NCBI GenBank assembly: GCA_014905635.1
Contig: JABVCE010000009.1
Span: 248,001-312,000 of the forward strand
Length of the DNA: 64,000 nt
Direction of reading: 5' to 3'
Source: Scenedesmus sp. PABB004
Taxonomy: Eukaryota
Under the pieces are notes generated by a model. That model was not told where the DNA came from, searched no databases, and saw nothing but the letters and a program-made list of their open reading frames with translations. The position numbers were made by a program, and so were the translations under genes. Below, in pieces: positions 61,120 through 64,000 of this stretch (positions are counted from its first letter, which is position 1; every line of letters begins with the position of its first letter).

Positions 61120-62698
61120 ATGCCGCGCCGCGCCTGGAGCGCGCTGTGGCTGGCGCACCTGCTGCTGGCAGCGACGGCGCTGGCGCCGCCGCCGGTGAGC
61201 GCCTCCGGCGGCCCCGCGGCCTGGCAGGCTGCCGGTCAGTCCCAGCACGCCGGTCAGGCACCGCACCGCCCGCCGCCGCAGGCGCACGGCCAGCCGACGG
61301 CGACCGGCGCCGTGCCCGCTGCGCCGGCGCCGCCGGGCGCGCCGCCGTCGACGAGGACGGAGTTTGGCTGCCCCCGCGACCCGGTGTTTGACGACCCGTG
61401 GGTGCGGGACAACGTGGTGCTGAGCTACGCGGCAGAAATAATGGACGGCCTCGGCGGCCAGGTCGCGCGCCAGATGGCCATCTTTGCCGCGGCCGCCGCG
61501 CTCGGGCTGGGGTATGAGCACGCGCCGCTGCGCTGCATCGGCCACATCGGCGGCCGCCCCCACTGGCGCCCCGCCGGCTGCGCCGGCGTCGCGCCGCGCG
61601 ACGCGGCCGCGATGGCGCGCGCGGCGGCGTTTGTCGCGCTGCCGCGCACGGCGGCGGCCAACAACACGAGCGGCTGGCGCGTCGCGCGGCTGCTGCCGGG
61701 CAGCTGGCGGCTGCTCGCGGGCGAGGCGCAGCAGGCGCTGCGACTGCGGGAGCCCACGGTGGTCCGGGTGGAGATGGTCAACCGCATCATGCAGGAGTGC
61801 CCAGACCTCTTCAGCCACGTGCCCGCGTGGCGGCCGCGCGGCGCGCGGCCGCAGCGGGGCGCGGCGGCGGCGGCGGCAGCGCCAGCGGCGGCGGCGGACC
61901 GTCCCGAACGCGGCGGCGGCGGCGGCGGCGGCGGGTACTGGCTGCTGACGCGGCGGCGCAGCGCGCGCATCGCGGTGCACATGCGGCGCGGCGACGTGAC
62001 GGGCGCGATCGCGGCGCGGCGGGGCATCGCGACAAACTTTTACCTCAACGTCGTGACCAACGTCACCGCGGTGCGCGCGCCCGCCGCACGCGCGCGCGCG
62101 CCCGCTCGCCGGGCGGGCCCGCCGACGCGCCGCCAGCAGCAGCGGCGGGGCGCGCCACGCGCGCCCCGCCCCTCGCCGCGCCGCGTCGAGCGCGCCGCGC
62201 GCCGCCGCCGCGCGCCGCCGCGCCGCCGCGCAGGCGCTCGAGCGGCTGGGCGTGGAGTACACGGTCGAGTGGTTCACCGAGCCGGGGCGCAGCGCCGAGG
62301 AGGAGGCCGACCTGGCGCGCATCGCGGCGGCGGTGCCGCACGCGAGCCTGCAGCTCGGCGCCGACTCGCTGTGGAACTGGCAGCAGATGGCGACCGCCGA
62401 CGTGCTGGTCATGAGCAAGAGCGCCTACAGCCTCGTGCCCGCGCTCGCCAACCCTGACGCGCTCATCATCCGCCCGCCACCGGCGGCGCCGTGCGGGCGG
62501 TGCTACCCGAGCCACTGGGTCATCGCGGCCGACGACGCCGGGGCGCTGCCGCCCGGCGCGCTCGGTGCGCTGGAGCGGCGCTTCGCGGCGCCGGCGGCGG
62601 CGCGCGCGCCGCCCCGGCGGCGGCGCAGCAGTGAGCGGAGGCGCGGCCGAGTGCTGCTGGACCCGCGGCAGCGTGCGCGCAGCGCACTCGGGCGGTGA
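61120..62698 (+). CDS. Secretory-pathway glycosyltransferase, fucosyltransferase-like (GT11/GT23-type motifs)
   Basis: Signal/anchor WSALWLAHLLLAATALA; DGLGGQ; IAVHMRRGDV; MATADVLVMSKSAYS; one intron 62071-62232. Confidence 0.65.
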
Positions 62699-62816
62699 CG
62701 CTGCCCCAGCCGCCCCTCTCAAGAGCGAACGAGATTTGCTGGCTGGCTCGGACACGGCGGCTTGGGGCTGCGCCGCGCGCACGCGCCCAGGCCGCCGCCG
62801 CACCCGACTCGGCTGA

Positions 62817-64000
<1,184 letters not shown>

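Overview
Very GC-rich, intron-dense eukaryotic nuclear DNA. TGTAA poly(A) signals, short GT/GC-AG introns, a thylakoid PsbP-domain gene and SP-rich wall proteins point to a chlorophyte green alga (Sphaeropleales-like; inference). Most six-frame ORFs are GC artefacts, so genes were rebuilt by eye across introns. There are 19 protein-coding loci, in order: RluA-type pseudouridine synthase 3' end, fatty acyl-CoA reductase, RTF1/VIP5, kinesin-4, ZIP transporter, Nudix hydrolase, a hypothetical protein, VWA/ViaA-like protein, CRAL-TRIO protein, carbonyl-reductase SDR, PPD6, PEP carboxykinase (ATP), TPR+MLLE-like protein, F-box/LRR protein, Kunitz-HRGP, methionyl-tRNA synthetase, SAWADEE+MBD protein, fucosyltransferase-like GT, and a secreted catalase-peroxidase (5' part). 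Highlights: (1) two cases of a gene's upstream region plus first codons (PEPCK, MetRS) copied in inverted orientation behind another gene's stop, one joined to a direct copy of the MetRS 3' flank; (2) a SAWADEE+MBD dual chromatin reader; (3) many GC-AG introns; (4) homologous adjacent introns in PPD6; (5) several 1-2 nt frameshifts that look like assembly indels. No rRNA, tRNA, CRISPR array or transposase was recognised. All domain calls are from motif recognition, not database searches.
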